Source: a virus
Reading direction: 5' to 3' (one strand)
DNA length: 64,000 nucleotides
IMG/VR virus record: IMGVR_UViG_3300032298_001311
Location: 1 to 64,000 of that record
Each line of letters begins with the position of its first letter. Within the stretch, counting starts at the first letter, position 1. Below are positions 1 through 10,266 of this stretch, in pieces. The notes under the pieces are model-generated. The model worked only from the letters and a program-made list of their open reading frames with translations, did not search any database and was not told where the DNA came from. The position numbers were made by a program, and so were the translations under genes.

Positions 1-348
1 TACAGTAGTTGATGCTGTGGGTAATTCGTAAGTGTCTGGACTTGCATCAGTCCAAGTATTATTATAATAGATATACAGTTTTTCTTCTGCGGTATTATAC
101 CATAAATCACCCTCAATTGGGTTATCTGGAGGAGTACTACCGAAACTTGAACTTGGTGGTTTATCAGATAAGTCATTAAAACTTCCAGTGTAGGCTACAG
201 TGGCTAATCCTGATAATGTTGATGTATTTTCGTCAATTTGTGTATAAACTTCGTCAAAGTTCTCATTGATCTTAATAAAGGCTGTTCTTAAACCTTCGCC
301 ATCACCTGCTAAATCTGAACTACCTACATTTATAAGTTGCTTTGTCAT
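1..348 (-). CDS. Tail/baseplate protein with T4 gp9/gp10-like N-terminus (runs off window edge; not in ORF track)
   Basis: Manual translation MTKQLINVGSSDLAGDGEGLRTAFIKINENFDEV...GDLWYN; same N-terminal motif as 19341..20075 and 20111..27151. Confidence 0.7.
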   Translation of the reverse strand, partial: MTKQLINVGSSDLAGDGEGLRTAFIKINENFDEVYTQIDENTSTLSGLATVAYTGSFNDLSDKPPSSSFGSTPPDNPIEGDLWYNTAEEKLYIYYNNTWTDASPDTYELPTASTTV

Positions 349-359
349 TTCCTACCTTC

Positions 360-776
360 TTAAAAGTTTAATAAAATTCTGTTTACATTACCTGCTGTCC
401 AGTTAGTAACTTCGGCACGAATCCAAACAAAGTTTCCAGTGAAATTATATGTTTTATTAATTGTGGTTGCTGATGTATAGGTTACCTCTGTAATGGTACC
501 TATTTTACTTGCTAGACCAGTTGTATCAACACTATATGCTCCACCTTGCGGAGATATGCGGACATCTAACCAATCGTCATCGCCGGGAGTCGTTGCTAAG
601 GATCCCTGTATTTTAACAGTTCCTATAAAGTTTGTAAGTTGAATTTGTACGGTATGAAATCCGTCGCCCATTCCATAAAAGCCAGCACCTTTGGATCTCT
701 CGCCTACTAATGTGGAGGGATTGCTGGTATTATCATGAGAATTAGATGGTAATAGTATTACGCTGTTTGCGGCCAT
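360..776 (-). CDS. Hypothetical phage protein, probably virion-associated
   Basis: 138-aa beta-rich ORF preceded by ATAAATA late-promoter motif near 797. Confidence 0.6.
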   Translation of the reverse strand: MAANSVILLPSNSHDNTSNPSTLVGERSKGAGFYGMGDGFHTVQIQLTNFIGTVKIQGSLATTPGDDDWLDVRISPQGGAYSVDTTGLASKIGTITEVTYTSATTINKTYNFTGNFVWIRAEVTNWTAGNVNRILLNF

Positions 777-830
777 GAGAATCTTTCCTGCTCCAATATT
801 TATCTTTAGAGCAGGATAGCCGCGAAACGC

Positions 831-1118
831 TTATTTAGGCTTCTTCAATGAGACCTTAACTTTATATGCTTGTGCATAGCGGGGTAATTCCATACCCTCT
901 ACATCTTGTAAAGTCTCATAACCACTAGTTCTAATCTTTCTATCTTCGTAAAGAGCAGTAAATCCTTGTTCATTCACTGAAGTAATAATACCTCTTTTAG
1001 TAGTAGTCATAGGAGCACCACCAAAGCCGCGAACAGGAACTTTAGCACTTATTGTAACACCTTCGCGAAGCAATTTACGCTCTGCAAGTATTTTAGCAAG
1101 ATCAATGAAACTAGACAT
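831..1118 (-). CDS. Hypothetical protein
   Basis: Probable start MSSFIDLAK at 1118, coupled to the stop of the upstream gene. Confidence 0.55.
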   Translation of the reverse strand: MSSFIDLAKILAERKLLREGVTISAKVPVRGFGGAPMTTTKRGIITSVNEQGFTALYEDRKIRTSGYETLQDVEGMELPRYAQAYKVKVSLKKPK

Positions 1119-1809
1119 TAGTGATTTCCTCTTGTTGTATTTCGTCGTGTGTAACAATTTTAACAACCTCTTTAATAATTGGCTGCAAAATCATTTGAGC
1201 CATTAAGAGGAATTTACTATCTCTAACATAGAAATAGTTTCCCCAGAAGTGTCTGTATTCTCGCTTAAAACTATCCAGCAAATCCTCAGAGATATGAAAC
1301 TCGTCTAAGTTTCTCTTAACAAGATTGACAAAGTTCTTTTTACCATCTGGACTGAGTTTTGATACAGAGCCTTGTAGAGCAACCTTATAACGACAACCGT
1401 GTGTGAGATGTTTCTTAACTTCTACACGACGATTAGTCTTCATAAACATAAGTGCTTCTTCACTTACTGGTTCCCAAAATTCCGCAACAACGGAATTCTT
1501 TTTGGAAATTTTCGTTAGTTCATCAAGGATAGCACGATCCTTAAAGAACAGACTAAGTCCTCTACCTTCAGTTCTTCTACGCATCTGACTTTTATCATAC
1601 TTGCCGAGGAGTTGAATTAAACCAATTACTTCATTTGGATATTGTCGTGCTGCTCTGTTTGCTGCTCCCCAATCTGTAAGATCTCCCTTTTTAATTTTAG
1701 GAATATCTTTTACATTGAAGTAATTAGCAGCATAACCCCATTCATTCCATATAACTGCCTTATACGGAAAAGAGCGGTAAAAGAGCTTGTCCGTCGTTCT
1801 GATTCTCAT
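1111..1809 (-). CDS. Hypothetical protein
   Basis: 232-aa ORF in operon with clpA. Confidence 0.65.
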   Translation of the reverse strand: MRIRTTDKLFYRSFPYKAVIWNEWGYAANYFNVKDIPKIKKGDLTDWGAANRAARQYPNEVIGLIQLLGKYDKSQMRRRTEGRGLSLFFKDRAILDELTKISKKNSVVAEFWEPVSEEALMFMKTNRRVEVKKHLTHGCRYKVALQGSVSKLSPDGKKNFVNLVKRNLDEFHISEDLLDSFKREYRHFWGNYFYVRDSKFLLMAQMILQPIIKEVVKIVTHDEIQQEEITNV

Positions 1810-4027
1810 GTGTACCTCTATAGTTTAGTTTAACATCTTTTCCTTCACAGTCAACCTCGACTATGCCACCAGACTTAAGAGATCCAAATAACATCTCACG
1901 ACTCATTGGCTTCTTAATTTCTTGGTCAATGATTCGTGCTAACGGACGAGCGCCCATCTTTGGATTAAAGCCCTTCTTAATAAGTAGAGCCATTCCGCTT
2001 TCACTAACTTCAACCTTAACATTCTTTTCACTAACAAGAGTATTAAGATCCCTAATGAACTTCTTAACAATATATTCCATACTCTCTTTGCCTAATTTAT
2101 TGAACTTGATAACCCCGTCCAATCTATTACGAAACTCTGGAGCAAAGAAACTAGTCATCGCTTCTTCGCCGTCGTTGTATCGGTCTTCAGTTGAGAAGCC
2201 AATAGTCTGACGTTCGGCATCCTTAGCACCAAGATTAGAAGTCATAATTAAAATAACATTACGACAATCAGCAACCTTACCATTTGATCCAGTGACTTGC
2301 CCATTATCCATTAGTTGGAGTAGAATGTTGCTAACATCTGGATGAGCTTTTTCAATTTCGTCAAGAAGTAGAACACAATGTGGATGTTCTTGTACTTTTG
2401 TAATCAACATGCCTGCGTTTTCTTCGTATCCGACGTAACCTGGAGGTGATCCAATCAGTTTAGCAACAGAATGCTTTTCCTGGTATTCGCTCATATCAAA
2501 GCGAATTAAGTTTACAGCAAGATTATCTGCTAGTTGCTTTGCTGTCTCGGTCTTACCGCATCCAGTTGGGCCAACAAACAAGAAACTACCAATTGGTTTA
2601 GTAGGATCTTTAAGTCCTGCACGAGCAATAAAGATCTTGTCGAGGACATCATCAATAGCCTTGTCCTGTCCAAATACTTTATGCTTCATGTTAGTTTCAA
2701 GATTGCTAAGTCCTTCACTCTCTGTTTCTGCAACAGCTTCAACAGGAAGTTTAACCATCTTGCTTAGTTCAAATTCGATACTCTTCTTTGTAACAATTCG
2801 TTCTTTAGAAGCATCAAGTTTAAATCTGGAACAAGCAAGATCGATAAGATCGATAGCCTTATCTGGCAACTTCTTGTCTGTGAGATATTTAACGGAAAGT
2901 TTAACAGCGTCCTCGATAGCAGCATCTGTAATCTCTGCCTTGTGGAATTTTTCGTAATACTTTTTAATACCTTTAATAATATCTATAGAAACTTCTGCTG
3001 TTGGCTCATCAACAGTTACTCTTTGGAATCGACGCATTAGAGCACGATCCTTTTCAAAGTGCTTGCGATATTCTTCCCAAGTAGTTGAAGCAATTACCTT
3101 AATAGCACCTTTGCTGAGAGCAGGTTTCAGCATATTAGCCATATCATTTGGATTGTTATTACTTGAACCAGCACCACTCATCATGTGAGCTTCGTCAATA
3201 AATATAATTGCTTTACCTTTACGTTCGATAGCCTTAAGGACTGCTTTGAGTCTTTCTTCAAACTCACCACGATATTTTGAACCAGCAAGCATAGCACCGA
3301 TGTCTAAGTTATAAAGTGTGTGATCCTTAATAAACTCTGGAACCTCACCATTAACAATTTCAAAAGCAAGTCCTTCTGCGATAGCAGTCTTACCAACACC
3401 TGGATCACCAACAAGAATTACATTAGCCTTGTTACGACGTCCGAGGGCAAGGATGATACTTTCAATTTCTACTTCACGACCAATAACAGGATCAATCTTA
3501 TTTTTCTGAACCTGTTGATTCATATTAGCTGTAAATTGTGAGAGAAGTTTATCGATACCATCGGATCCTATGTTTTCGTCATCAACTTGAATAGTTTCTT
3601 CTTCAACATAATCTGCAAATTTTTCTTTTGTAAAGTTTGATTTATTAAGATAATAAATTGCATAACTTTTCTTTTCAGAAAGGATACTTAAAAAAAGATC
3701 ATTTAATTCTATTCTTTGTCTACCATTAAAAAGAACTTGAGTAAAAGCACGATTTAAACATCTTTCAACTGTTTGAGTTTTTTGTGGTTTAGTCTTTCTT
3801 CCAGCACAAACAATATCTTTTAAATTATTTTTAATAAAGTGTTCTAGATTTATTTTGGTATAATTTAAATCGCCAGGATAATCATTTAGAAAAGTCAAAA
3901 ATTTATCATTAGTTATCATAGCCAAAACAAGATGTTCAAGAGTAAGATATTCGTGTTGGTGATTTACTGCAATTGCAACAGCCTTATCATACACAATCTG
4001 TAATTCTTCGCTAGGCTCTAAAATCAT
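1760..4027 (-). CDS. clpA: ATP-dependent Clp protease ATP-binding subunit ClpA
   Basis: Clp N-domain, two AAA+ modules (GDPGVGKT, GPTGCGKT), pore loop GSKYRGEFE, no ClpB middle domain, 755 aa. Confidence 0.9.
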   Translation of the reverse strand: MILEPSEELQIVYDKAVAIAVNHQHEYLTLEHLVLAMITNDKFLTFLNDYPGDLNYTKINLEHFIKNNLKDIVCAGRKTKPQKTQTVERCLNRAFTQVLFNGRQRIELNDLFLSILSEKKSYAIYYLNKSNFTKEKFADYVEEETIQVDDENIGSDGIDKLLSQFTANMNQQVQKNKIDPVIGREVEIESIILALGRRNKANVILVGDPGVGKTAIAEGLAFEIVNGEVPEFIKDHTLYNLDIGAMLAGSKYRGEFEERLKAVLKAIERKGKAIIFIDEAHMMSGAGSSNNNPNDMANMLKPALSKGAIKVIASTTWEEYRKHFEKDRALMRRFQRVTVDEPTAEVSIDIIKGIKKYYEKFHKAEITDAAIEDAVKLSVKYLTDKKLPDKAIDLIDLACSRFKLDASKERIVTKKSIEFELSKMVKLPVEAVAETESEGLSNLETNMKHKVFGQDKAIDDVLDKIFIARAGLKDPTKPIGSFLFVGPTGCGKTETAKQLADNLAVNLIRFDMSEYQEKHSVAKLIGSPPGYVGYEENAGMLITKVQEHPHCVLLLDEIEKAHPDVSNILLQLMDNGQVTGSNGKVADCRNVILIMTSNLGAKDAERQTIGFSTEDRYNDGEEAMTSFFAPEFRNRLDGVIKFNKLGKESMEYIVKKFIRDLNTLVSEKNVKVEVSESGMALLIKKGFNPKMGARPLARIIDQEIKKPMSREMLFGSLKSGGIVEVDCEGKDVKLNYRGTHENQNDGQALLPLFSV

Positions 4028-4527
4028 CTTTTACCCTTTCGCATCTTTTTAATAGCTAGATCTAATTTTGTTTTACCTACCCTATTAGTATAACATATTC
4101 CGTGAAGATGATCAAATTCGTGTTGAAAGCATTTTGCCATATATCCTTCAACTTTAATTTCGTTCCATTTCTGGTCAATGTCCTGATAAGCAGCAATAAT
4201 CCATGAAGGGCGATCAACATTAAGCCATAATCCTGGAAAACTTAAACATCCTTCTTTATCTAAAGTTCTTTCTTCACTAACTTTCAGAATTGTTGGATTG
4301 ATGAATATTGTAGGTTTTATAAAGCCGTCTATAAAATCGTTCCCCATAACAAACATTTGATAAGGAACATTAACTTGATTTGCGGCAAGGCCGATGCCTT
4401 TATTTTTACGCATTGTATCTATCATCAGGGTCTCTAATAGTTTAGTATCCTGATCAAAATCGTATTTTGCTACAGGCATATGTAACAACGGAAATGGTTC
4501 GTATTGAAGTTCTAATGTGTCTACCAT
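4024..4527 (-). CDS. def: Peptide deformylase
   Basis: Signature motifs GIGLAANQV, EGCLS, QHEFDH. Confidence 0.93.
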   Translation of the reverse strand: MVDTLELQYEPFPLLHMPVAKYDFDQDTKLLETLMIDTMRKNKGIGLAANQVNVPYQMFVMGNDFIDGFIKPTIFINPTILKVSEERTLDKEGCLSFPGLWLNVDRPSWIIAAYQDIDQKWNEIKVEGYMAKCFQHEFDHLHGICYTNRVGKTKLDLAIKKMRKGKR

Positions 4528-4565
4528 GTCTCTAATATAATTTACTTCTTGGTATAAATCAACAT

Positions 4566-5438
4566 TTATTCTTTATTCTTTCTTATTTGAGATGCTAAAT
4601 CTTTTACCAGTTTTATCAAATGTGCATCTTTTACAGCAGGAGTTTCAACAATAACTTGTATTATAAGATCTCCCTTTACATTATTAAATTTAAGACTTGG
4701 AAAACCTAATCCTCTACAAGCAAATTTTTGTCCATTTTGTGTTCCGGGACTAATATGAAATTCAACTTCTTTATTGTCGATATTTTTTATAGGTTTTTTA
4801 CAACCGAGCATAGCATCAAATATATCAATATTAATTTTTGTAATTAAGTGTATGTCTTCTCTACTGAAGTTTCTATCTTTATCAACATCGATATATATTA
4901 TTAAATCACCTCTAGGTAATTCTGAAATGCTATCATCTCCCATTCCCCCCATTTTCATTTGTTGTCCAGCAGCTATTCCTGGCGGAATAGTTATTTCTAA
5001 TGTTTGATTTTTTCCACTTGGTAACGGATAATCGATAGTCATTGTTTTTCCTAGATAACTATCTTTTAGACTTATCTTAACTTTTATCTGCAAGTCACTG
5101 TTTTTAGGTTGAGGTCTATTTCCTCTAAATCCGAACCCAAACTGTGTAAAAATGTCTTCAAAAGGACTACCAAAAGGATCGCCACTTTGGAACGGATGTC
5201 CACTGTGAAATTCATGAAATCCGTTTGGAAACGGATTACCCCGTTGGCCACCGCCGTGATCGTAAAATTCTTTTTTATCAGGATTGATTAAGTTTTCGTA
5301 TGCTTCTGTGATAGTTTGAAACTTTTTCTGATCACCACCTCGATCGGGGTGATGCTTCATAGCAAGTTTGCGATATGCTGCTTTGATTTCTTCTGGTGTC
5401 GCAGATTTTCCTACGCCTAATGTATCATAATAATTCAT
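4566..5438 (-). CDS. dnaJ: DnaJ-class chaperone (CbpA-like, no zinc finger)
   Basis: J-domain with HPD, G/F-rich linker, DnaJ C-terminal domain. Confidence 0.88.
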   Translation of the reverse strand: MNYYDTLGVGKSATPEEIKAAYRKLAMKHHPDRGGDQKKFQTITEAYENLINPDKKEFYDHGGGQRGNPFPNGFHEFHSGHPFQSGDPFGSPFEDIFTQFGFGFRGNRPQPKNSDLQIKVKISLKDSYLGKTMTIDYPLPSGKNQTLEITIPPGIAAGQQMKMGGMGDDSISELPRGDLIIYIDVDKDRNFSREDIHLITKINIDIFDAMLGCKKPIKNIDNKEVEFHISPGTQNGQKFACRGLGFPSLKFNNVKGDLIIQVIVETPAVKDAHLIKLVKDLASQIRKNKE

Positions 5439-5472
5439 GATAATACTTATTCCCTAAAATATGTGGAGATAT

Positions 5473-6204
5473 TTATTTTAGGAGGTTGAAAACTATTACA
5501 GAGTTTTCGTTTTCAAAAACAAAATGATCTCCATACTTTGTAATATTGTAATTACCGAAGTACTTTGTCAACCACATTGTTTCACTCATTGAACTTTCAT
5601 CAACACGGATCTTACCTGCAAGATTATTTAAAATATCAGTTCTTGTACCGTATTCTAACATCTGCATTTTTACGGGATTAGCAAATGGACGTTTAAATGT
5701 AATTGTATTTCCTTCAGCAGTTAAGTAATCAAATCTACTTCTACGGAAGAAGTGACGCATTTCACTTTCAAAAATCTCACCCATCTGTGCTTGATAATCT
5801 TCTGATGAACTAGGAATATTACCTATCTCATGTAAAGGTTTGCTATGATAATCTTTATAATATCTAAATTTCCAATCTTCGCAACCTGTAAGTTCGCTAA
5901 TGCCATACATCATTTCACTGATCTGACGACCAATTTTACGATTACGTTCAATTTCAACAAATACTTTATATCGACCGTTTTCGTCTTCGCCTTGACTTAC
6001 ATCAGCATCGAGGACAAAGTCATATCCTTTTTCGATGAAATCTGCAAAATCCAGAGCTGCTTGATGACTGGTAACTTCAAATGCAAGAACAACTACACTT
6101 TCGTCTTCTCCCATCTTACTTTTATATGAGTCAACCTCAAATACCGACTTAACAAGATCTTTTAGATCTTCTGATTTAAGTCCTTCACATAGGTGCTGTT
6201 GCAT
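5473..6204 (-). CDS. Hypothetical phage protein
   Basis: 243-aa ORF overlapping the upstream gene end. Confidence 0.65.
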   Translation of the reverse strand: MQQHLCEGLKSEDLKDLVKSVFEVDSYKSKMGEDESVVVLAFEVTSHQAALDFADFIEKGYDFVLDADVSQGEDENGRYKVFVEIERNRKIGRQISEMMYGISELTGCEDWKFRYYKDYHSKPLHEIGNIPSSSEDYQAQMGEIFESEMRHFFRRSRFDYLTAEGNTITFKRPFANPVKMQMLEYGTRTDILNNLAGKIRVDESSMSETMWLTKYFGNYNITKYGDHFVFENENSVIVFNLLK

Positions 6205-6742
6205 TTATGTCTCCGGCTACAGGCTGTTCGTTTGCAGGGGTTTCTACAGATTCTTCGCCCATGTTTTGTTCTGTATCTATATTAGAATATAGACTTTCTA
6301 AATCAACTGAGTTCTCTTTTTGACCACGTATAGATCCCTTAAAAATCTCATACATTAATTCTTTAGGCATTTTAATAGTAACTATCCAAATAGGATGTTC
6401 GTCTATAATACCTTTTTTACTACCTGGTCGATAATCACTAGGTTCGTCTATTTTACGAGGCTTCCTAAAAATACTTTCTTCGTAAGAAACTTTACAGTTA
6501 TAATCTAATAATCTTTTGCCTCCCATAGGATCCGGCATATCTTCTTTAGGCCACATAAAAGAACATTCTACCCAATGACGACTTACTTTAGGCCCAGCTA
6601 CAAGTTCACCATTTTCCCAATTTTTAAAAACATAGAGATTTAATTCGTCTATAACACGTTCAAAATCCTTCAAAACTCTTAGGCTTGTATTGCTATCATA
6701 GATAGTAGAAATATTGCGTATAACGTCTTTTTCATCGGTCAT
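6185..6742 (-). CDS. Hypothetical phage protein
   Basis: 185-aa ORF preceded by ATAAATA near 6767. Confidence 0.65.
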   Translation of the reverse strand: MTDEKDVIRNISTIYDSNTSLRVLKDFERVIDELNLYVFKNWENGELVAGPKVSRHWVECSFMWPKEDMPDPMGGKRLLDYNCKVSYEESIFRKPRKIDEPSDYRPGSKKGIIDEHPIWIVTIKMPKELMYEIFKGSIRGQKENSVDLESLYSNIDTEQNMGEESVETPANEQPVAGDINATAPM

Positions 6743-6894
6743 TTTAAGGGTCCTGTTCGTATTAGTTATTTATCGCTTCAAAACTTAATATATCCTGTTA
6801 TGATTTTGTCGTAAGTCTTAAATACTTGTGTAGGACGCATGTCCTAGGGTTAGGATATGCTATCCTGCAATATTAATTGTAAGGAGTTTTGCGT

Positions 6895-7632
6895 TTGTCC
6901 AGACAAAGAGCACAAAGAAAAGCACAACAGAACCACAATCATAGAAATAATAATGTAATAGATTTACAAGAATATATTCCAGAAAAGAAAAAATCAGTAC
7001 GAATCGTACCCCGCAACAGAGCACAAGAACAATATTTCCTAAAATTACAAGATCCTAATAATAGCGTATTATTTGCTGTAGGACCAGCAGGAACAGGTAA
7101 AACCCTACTTGCTACTCAAACAGCAATTAAACTATTAAAGGAAAAAGAAATAGACAAGATCATTGTTACTCGCCCTGCTGTATCAGTTGATGAACAGCAT
7201 GGCTTTTTACCAGGTGATCTTAATAAAAAAATGGAGCCGTGGACGAGACCAATATTCGATGTGTTTGCGGAATATTATTATGCTAAAGAAATTCAAAACA
7301 TGCTCATAGAGGGTGTAGTTGAAGTTTCACCATTAGCATATATGAGAGGGAGAACGTTTAAGAATGCTTTTATAATTGCAGACGAAATGCAGAATGCTAC
7401 ACCTAACCAGATGAAAATGCTACTAACTCGAATAGGCGAGAATAGTAGAATGGTAGTCACTGGCGACCTTAAGCAGGCTGACCGCATTGAGGATAACGGT
7501 TTGATCGAATTTATCAGACTTCTCAAGAGCAAAGAGAACCTAAAGTATGTTGACATAGTCAATTTCGGACAAAAGGATATTGAGAGACATCCAGCGGTTA
7601 AGGAGATACTGGACATATACGGAGACTTTTGA
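6895..7632 (+). CDS. phoH: PhoH family ATPase
   Basis: GPAGTGKT, YMRGRTF, DEMQN motifs; SD AAGGAG at 6881-6886 favours TTG start at 6895. Confidence 0.93.
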   Translation: MSRQRAQRKAQQNHNHRNNNVIDLQEYIPEKKKSVRIVPRNRAQEQYFLKLQDPNNSVLFAVGPAGTGKTLLATQTAIKLLKEKEIDKIIVTRPAVSVDEQHGFLPGDLNKKMEPWTRPIFDVFAEYYYAKEIQNMLIEGVVEVSPLAYMRGRTFKNAFIIADEMQNATPNQMKMLLTRIGENSRMVVTGDLKQADRIEDNGLIEFIRLLKSKENLKYVDIVNFGQKDIERHPAVKEILDIYGDF

Positions 7633-7656
7633 GAGTAAGGGTGAAAGCCCTTACTT
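7633..7656. terminator. Hairpin between convergent phoH and clamp loader
   Basis: GAGTAAGGG-TGAAAG-CCCTTACTT. Confidence 0.6.
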
Positions 7657-8577
7657 CTCAACTAGGTTAGCAATACGTATCATAGTTGCTGCAAGATTTA
7701 TTTCAGAATCGGCAACTAATGTATGATCTACTAATCCTTGTTTAATTATAAGGATAGCCTTATCTTGGATACTTTCGTCACTACTAATTAAATCTAGATT
7801 GTCGTATAACCAGCGATAAATATCTTCCATTTCTGCTGGTTGAGCACTTTTACAAACAAGTTTTCTTGCTTCTTGAATCTTCCCTGATTTAAATAATTCA
7901 ACCATTTGAAGTTGCCAATCTGAAGTAGCTTTATCACTTTTATTTGGCGCTATAAGTTTTCCTGTAGTTGAATTTTGTTGAACAAGGTTAATACATTTTC
8001 TTAAATCGGGATAAGTTGCTTTAACAAAGGTATCAAGTGTATCTAGATCTAAATCAATATTTTCATTCACAAGAATAGTAGCGACTCGAGCAGTAAACTC
8101 ATCCTTGTCAACAGTTTCAATATGAAATCCTTGACAACGAGAATGTAATGCAGGAATAATTTTATGTGGATAATTGCAAGTTAAAATAAATCTTACAACG
8201 GAATGATATTCTTCCATTACTCCACGCAATGCTGCTTGGGCATTATGTGATAGATAATCAGCCTCGTCTAATAAGATAATTTTAAGATGGCCAAACGCCA
8301 TAATTTGAGAAAATTGAACAATTCTATCTCGTACATCATCTACGCTATTTGTTCTTGATGCATTTATCTCTAATACATCAAACTCATTAACATCTAAAGC
8401 ATTAATTAACATTTTAGCAAGTGTTGTCTTGCCTATTCCGGCGCCTCCCGAAAAGATTAAATGAGGAATACTTTTTTCTTTTATCCATGACTCAACCATT
8501 GTTCGTTGACTATTGTCTCGGAATACATAATCTTTGATTTCGATCGGACGATATTTTTCTACCCAAAGATCTTTCAA
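7651..8577 (-). CDS. Sliding-clamp loader subunit (T4 gp44/RFC small subunit family)
   Basis: WVEKYRP, GGAGIGKTT, LEINAS, LDEAD, SRC motifs. Confidence 0.92.
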   Translation of the reverse strand: MKDLWVEKYRPIEIKDYVFRDNSQRTMVESWIKEKSIPHLIFSGGAGIGKTTLAKMLINALDVNEFDVLEINASRTNSVDDVRDRIVQFSQIMAFGHLKIILLDEADYLSHNAQAALRGVMEEYHSVVRFILTCNYPHKIIPALHSRCQGFHIETVDKDEFTARVATILVNENIDLDLDTLDTFVKATYPDLRKCINLVQQNSTTGKLIAPNKSDKATSDWQLQMVELFKSGKIQEARKLVCKSAQPAEMEDIYRWLYDNLDLISSDESIQDKAILIIKQGLVDHTLVADSEINLAATMIRIANLVEK

Positions 8578-8593
8578 TTTACTATCTCCTCCA

Positions 8594-9391
8594 TCAACAC
8601 TGATTAAGTTTTTCTGTTATGTCATTATAAGATATTTGATAGAATTTTTCTGCAAAATTCTTTTGAGTATTAGGGCCATGATGTATATTATCTCTAGCAT
8701 AATCAACAACAGTGTGATCGAAAACATATTGTTTTATTCTTGGAAAATTTATATTCGTAAAATCATAATCATCATCATAAGAATAAAATAAAAAGGTACT
8801 ATTCCATCTTTCTAATAATAAATTTAATACAGAAAAATTTTTCTCTGTTTGATAAATTACATATCTTTTTTCGTAAAGAACATCTGACTTCGAATTTTTT
8901 TCAACGTATTGCTTCCAGGGTCCCCATTGATCAGTATCCCATCTTTCTCTTCTAATAACATGTGGTAATAATGATATTATTATATTAGGTCTCAATAAAT
9001 CTCCATAATGAATTAAGTATCTAACTAAATGATCTAATCCGGTTCCGCCTGCTGCTATATTCCAAAATGGAATTTTTTGATTTAGATCGTTACAAATTTT
9101 TTTATGAAATACATTAGCCCATGTATCCTCAATAGGTAATCCTATACCTTCAGTATGACTACACCCAGCAAATACTATTCTAGTAGAATGTCTCTTCCAT
9201 GATTCGAATTCATCAGACCTAAACCCTTGACTATTATATTTGTAAGATATATCAGTTGGTCCATAAGGAACTAACTTTTTTACTTTGTTATAATTTTCTT
9301 CAGTATCGGGAGAAAACCAATCAAAGACTTTATTAGAAAAATATTTTCTAGGAGTTGCTAAAAATTCATTTTCTGTAATATTGTTATTCAT
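8594..9391 (-). CDS. SGNH/GDSL-like hydrolase or acyltransferase
   Basis: FAGCSHTEGIG block I, NIAAGG block II, RDNIHHG block V. Confidence 0.6.
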   Translation of the reverse strand: MNNNITENEFLATPRKYFSNKVFDWFSPDTEENYNKVKKLVPYGPTDISYKYNSQGFRSDEFESWKRHSTRIVFAGCSHTEGIGLPIEDTWANVFHKKICNDLNQKIPFWNIAAGGTGLDHLVRYLIHYGDLLRPNIIISLLPHVIRRERWDTDQWGPWKQYVEKNSKSDVLYEKRYVIYQTEKNFSVLNLLLERWNSTFLFYSYDDDYDFTNINFPRIKQYVFDHTVVDYARDNIHHGPNTQKNFAEKFYQISYNDITEKLNQC

Positions 9392-9397
9392 AATAAG

Positions 9398-9676
9398 TTA
9401 GCGCATCATCTCCATAGATATAATTCTAGTTAGGCTTTCACTAAAATTTTGATCTGCCGAAATAATATACATCTTGGAACTATTACGATCCTTATATTCA
9501 TCATACTTGCGGAACTCAACAATATGTCTACCAGTAGCAGCCCATACGTTAACATTCATTCCGTCGGTTGCAAGTCTGTTAGAAGTACGTATTTCGTTAC
9601 AAGGTACTACTGTAGGTCTGTCGGACATTACCGCACTATCGAGTCTACGTTGTAACCACATAAAAAATTTGTTCAT
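9398..9676 (-). CDS. Hypothetical phage protein
   Basis: 92-aa ORF coupled to upstream small ORF. Confidence 0.6.
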   Translation of the reverse strand: MNKFFMWLQRRLDSAVMSDRPTVVPCNEIRTSNRLATDGMNVNVWAATGRHIVEFRKYDEYKDRNSSKMYIISADQNFSESLTRIISMEMMR

Positions 9677-9831
9677 TTACGATTCTCCTGACCAATCCCT
9701 GTTAATATTAATGTAACATAAAGAATAGGCCAACCCCAACCATTAAGATAACCTAATATGTGTAAAGTCATAAGAGTTATACCAGTAACTCCTACAGTAC
9801 TCAACCCCGAAGGAGCAGTAGGTAATTTCAT
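9673..9831 (-). CDS. Small two-TM membrane protein (52 aa; below ORF-track cutoff)
   Basis: MKLPTAPSGLSTVGVTGITLMTLHILGYLNGWGWPILYVTLILTGIGQENRK; ATGA overlap with next gene. Confidence 0.6.
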   Translation of the reverse strand: MKLPTAPSGLSTVGVTGITLMTLHILGYLNGWGWPILYVTLILTGIGQENRK

Positions 9832-10266
9832 TTAGAGATCGCCTTCCTTACGGTTCTCACTATAGAAAGCATCAAATTGTCCACCTGGATACCTTGCTTC
9901 AAGTTTGCGAACATTCTCTGCAATGACATCGTTTGGATCAAGACGTAGCGCATTACAAGCATTAATCCAATACCACATAATGTCACCGAGTTCTCGCTTC
10001 ATATGAAACAGTGTATCTTCATTAAGTGGTTTACCTTGAAAAAATATTTTCTTTGGAATTTCACAAAATTCGCCGCATTCTGCTGCCATTCCGATAGCCG
10101 CAGTTAACACTAACGGAACATTTATATCAGGACCGTGAACACCATCTCCGATATAATTTCCATCAACTTCATCTAGTCGATTCATAAAGGTAGTAAGGTC
10201 TTTACTTTCTTTACTAGTAACAGTTTCAACAAAATCTTTATATTTGTTAAGATCAATATTTTTCAT
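9832..10266 (-). CDS. mazG: MazG-like nucleotide pyrophosphohydrolase
   Basis: AECGEFCEIPKK and ELGDIMWY motifs; ENVRKLEARY tail. Confidence 0.85.
   Translation of the reverse strand: MKNIDLNKYKDFVETVTSKESKDLTTFMNRLDEVDGNYIGDGVHGPDINVPLVLTAAIGMAAECGEFCEIPKKIFFQGKPLNEDTLFHMKRELGDIMWYWINACNALRLDPNDVIAENVRKLEARYPGGQFDAFYSENRKEGDL

Noticed and set aside
810-6868. GCAGGATAG at about 810 (+) and 6860-6868 (-)
   Set aside because: Only two 9-mers 6 kb apart; compatible with chance
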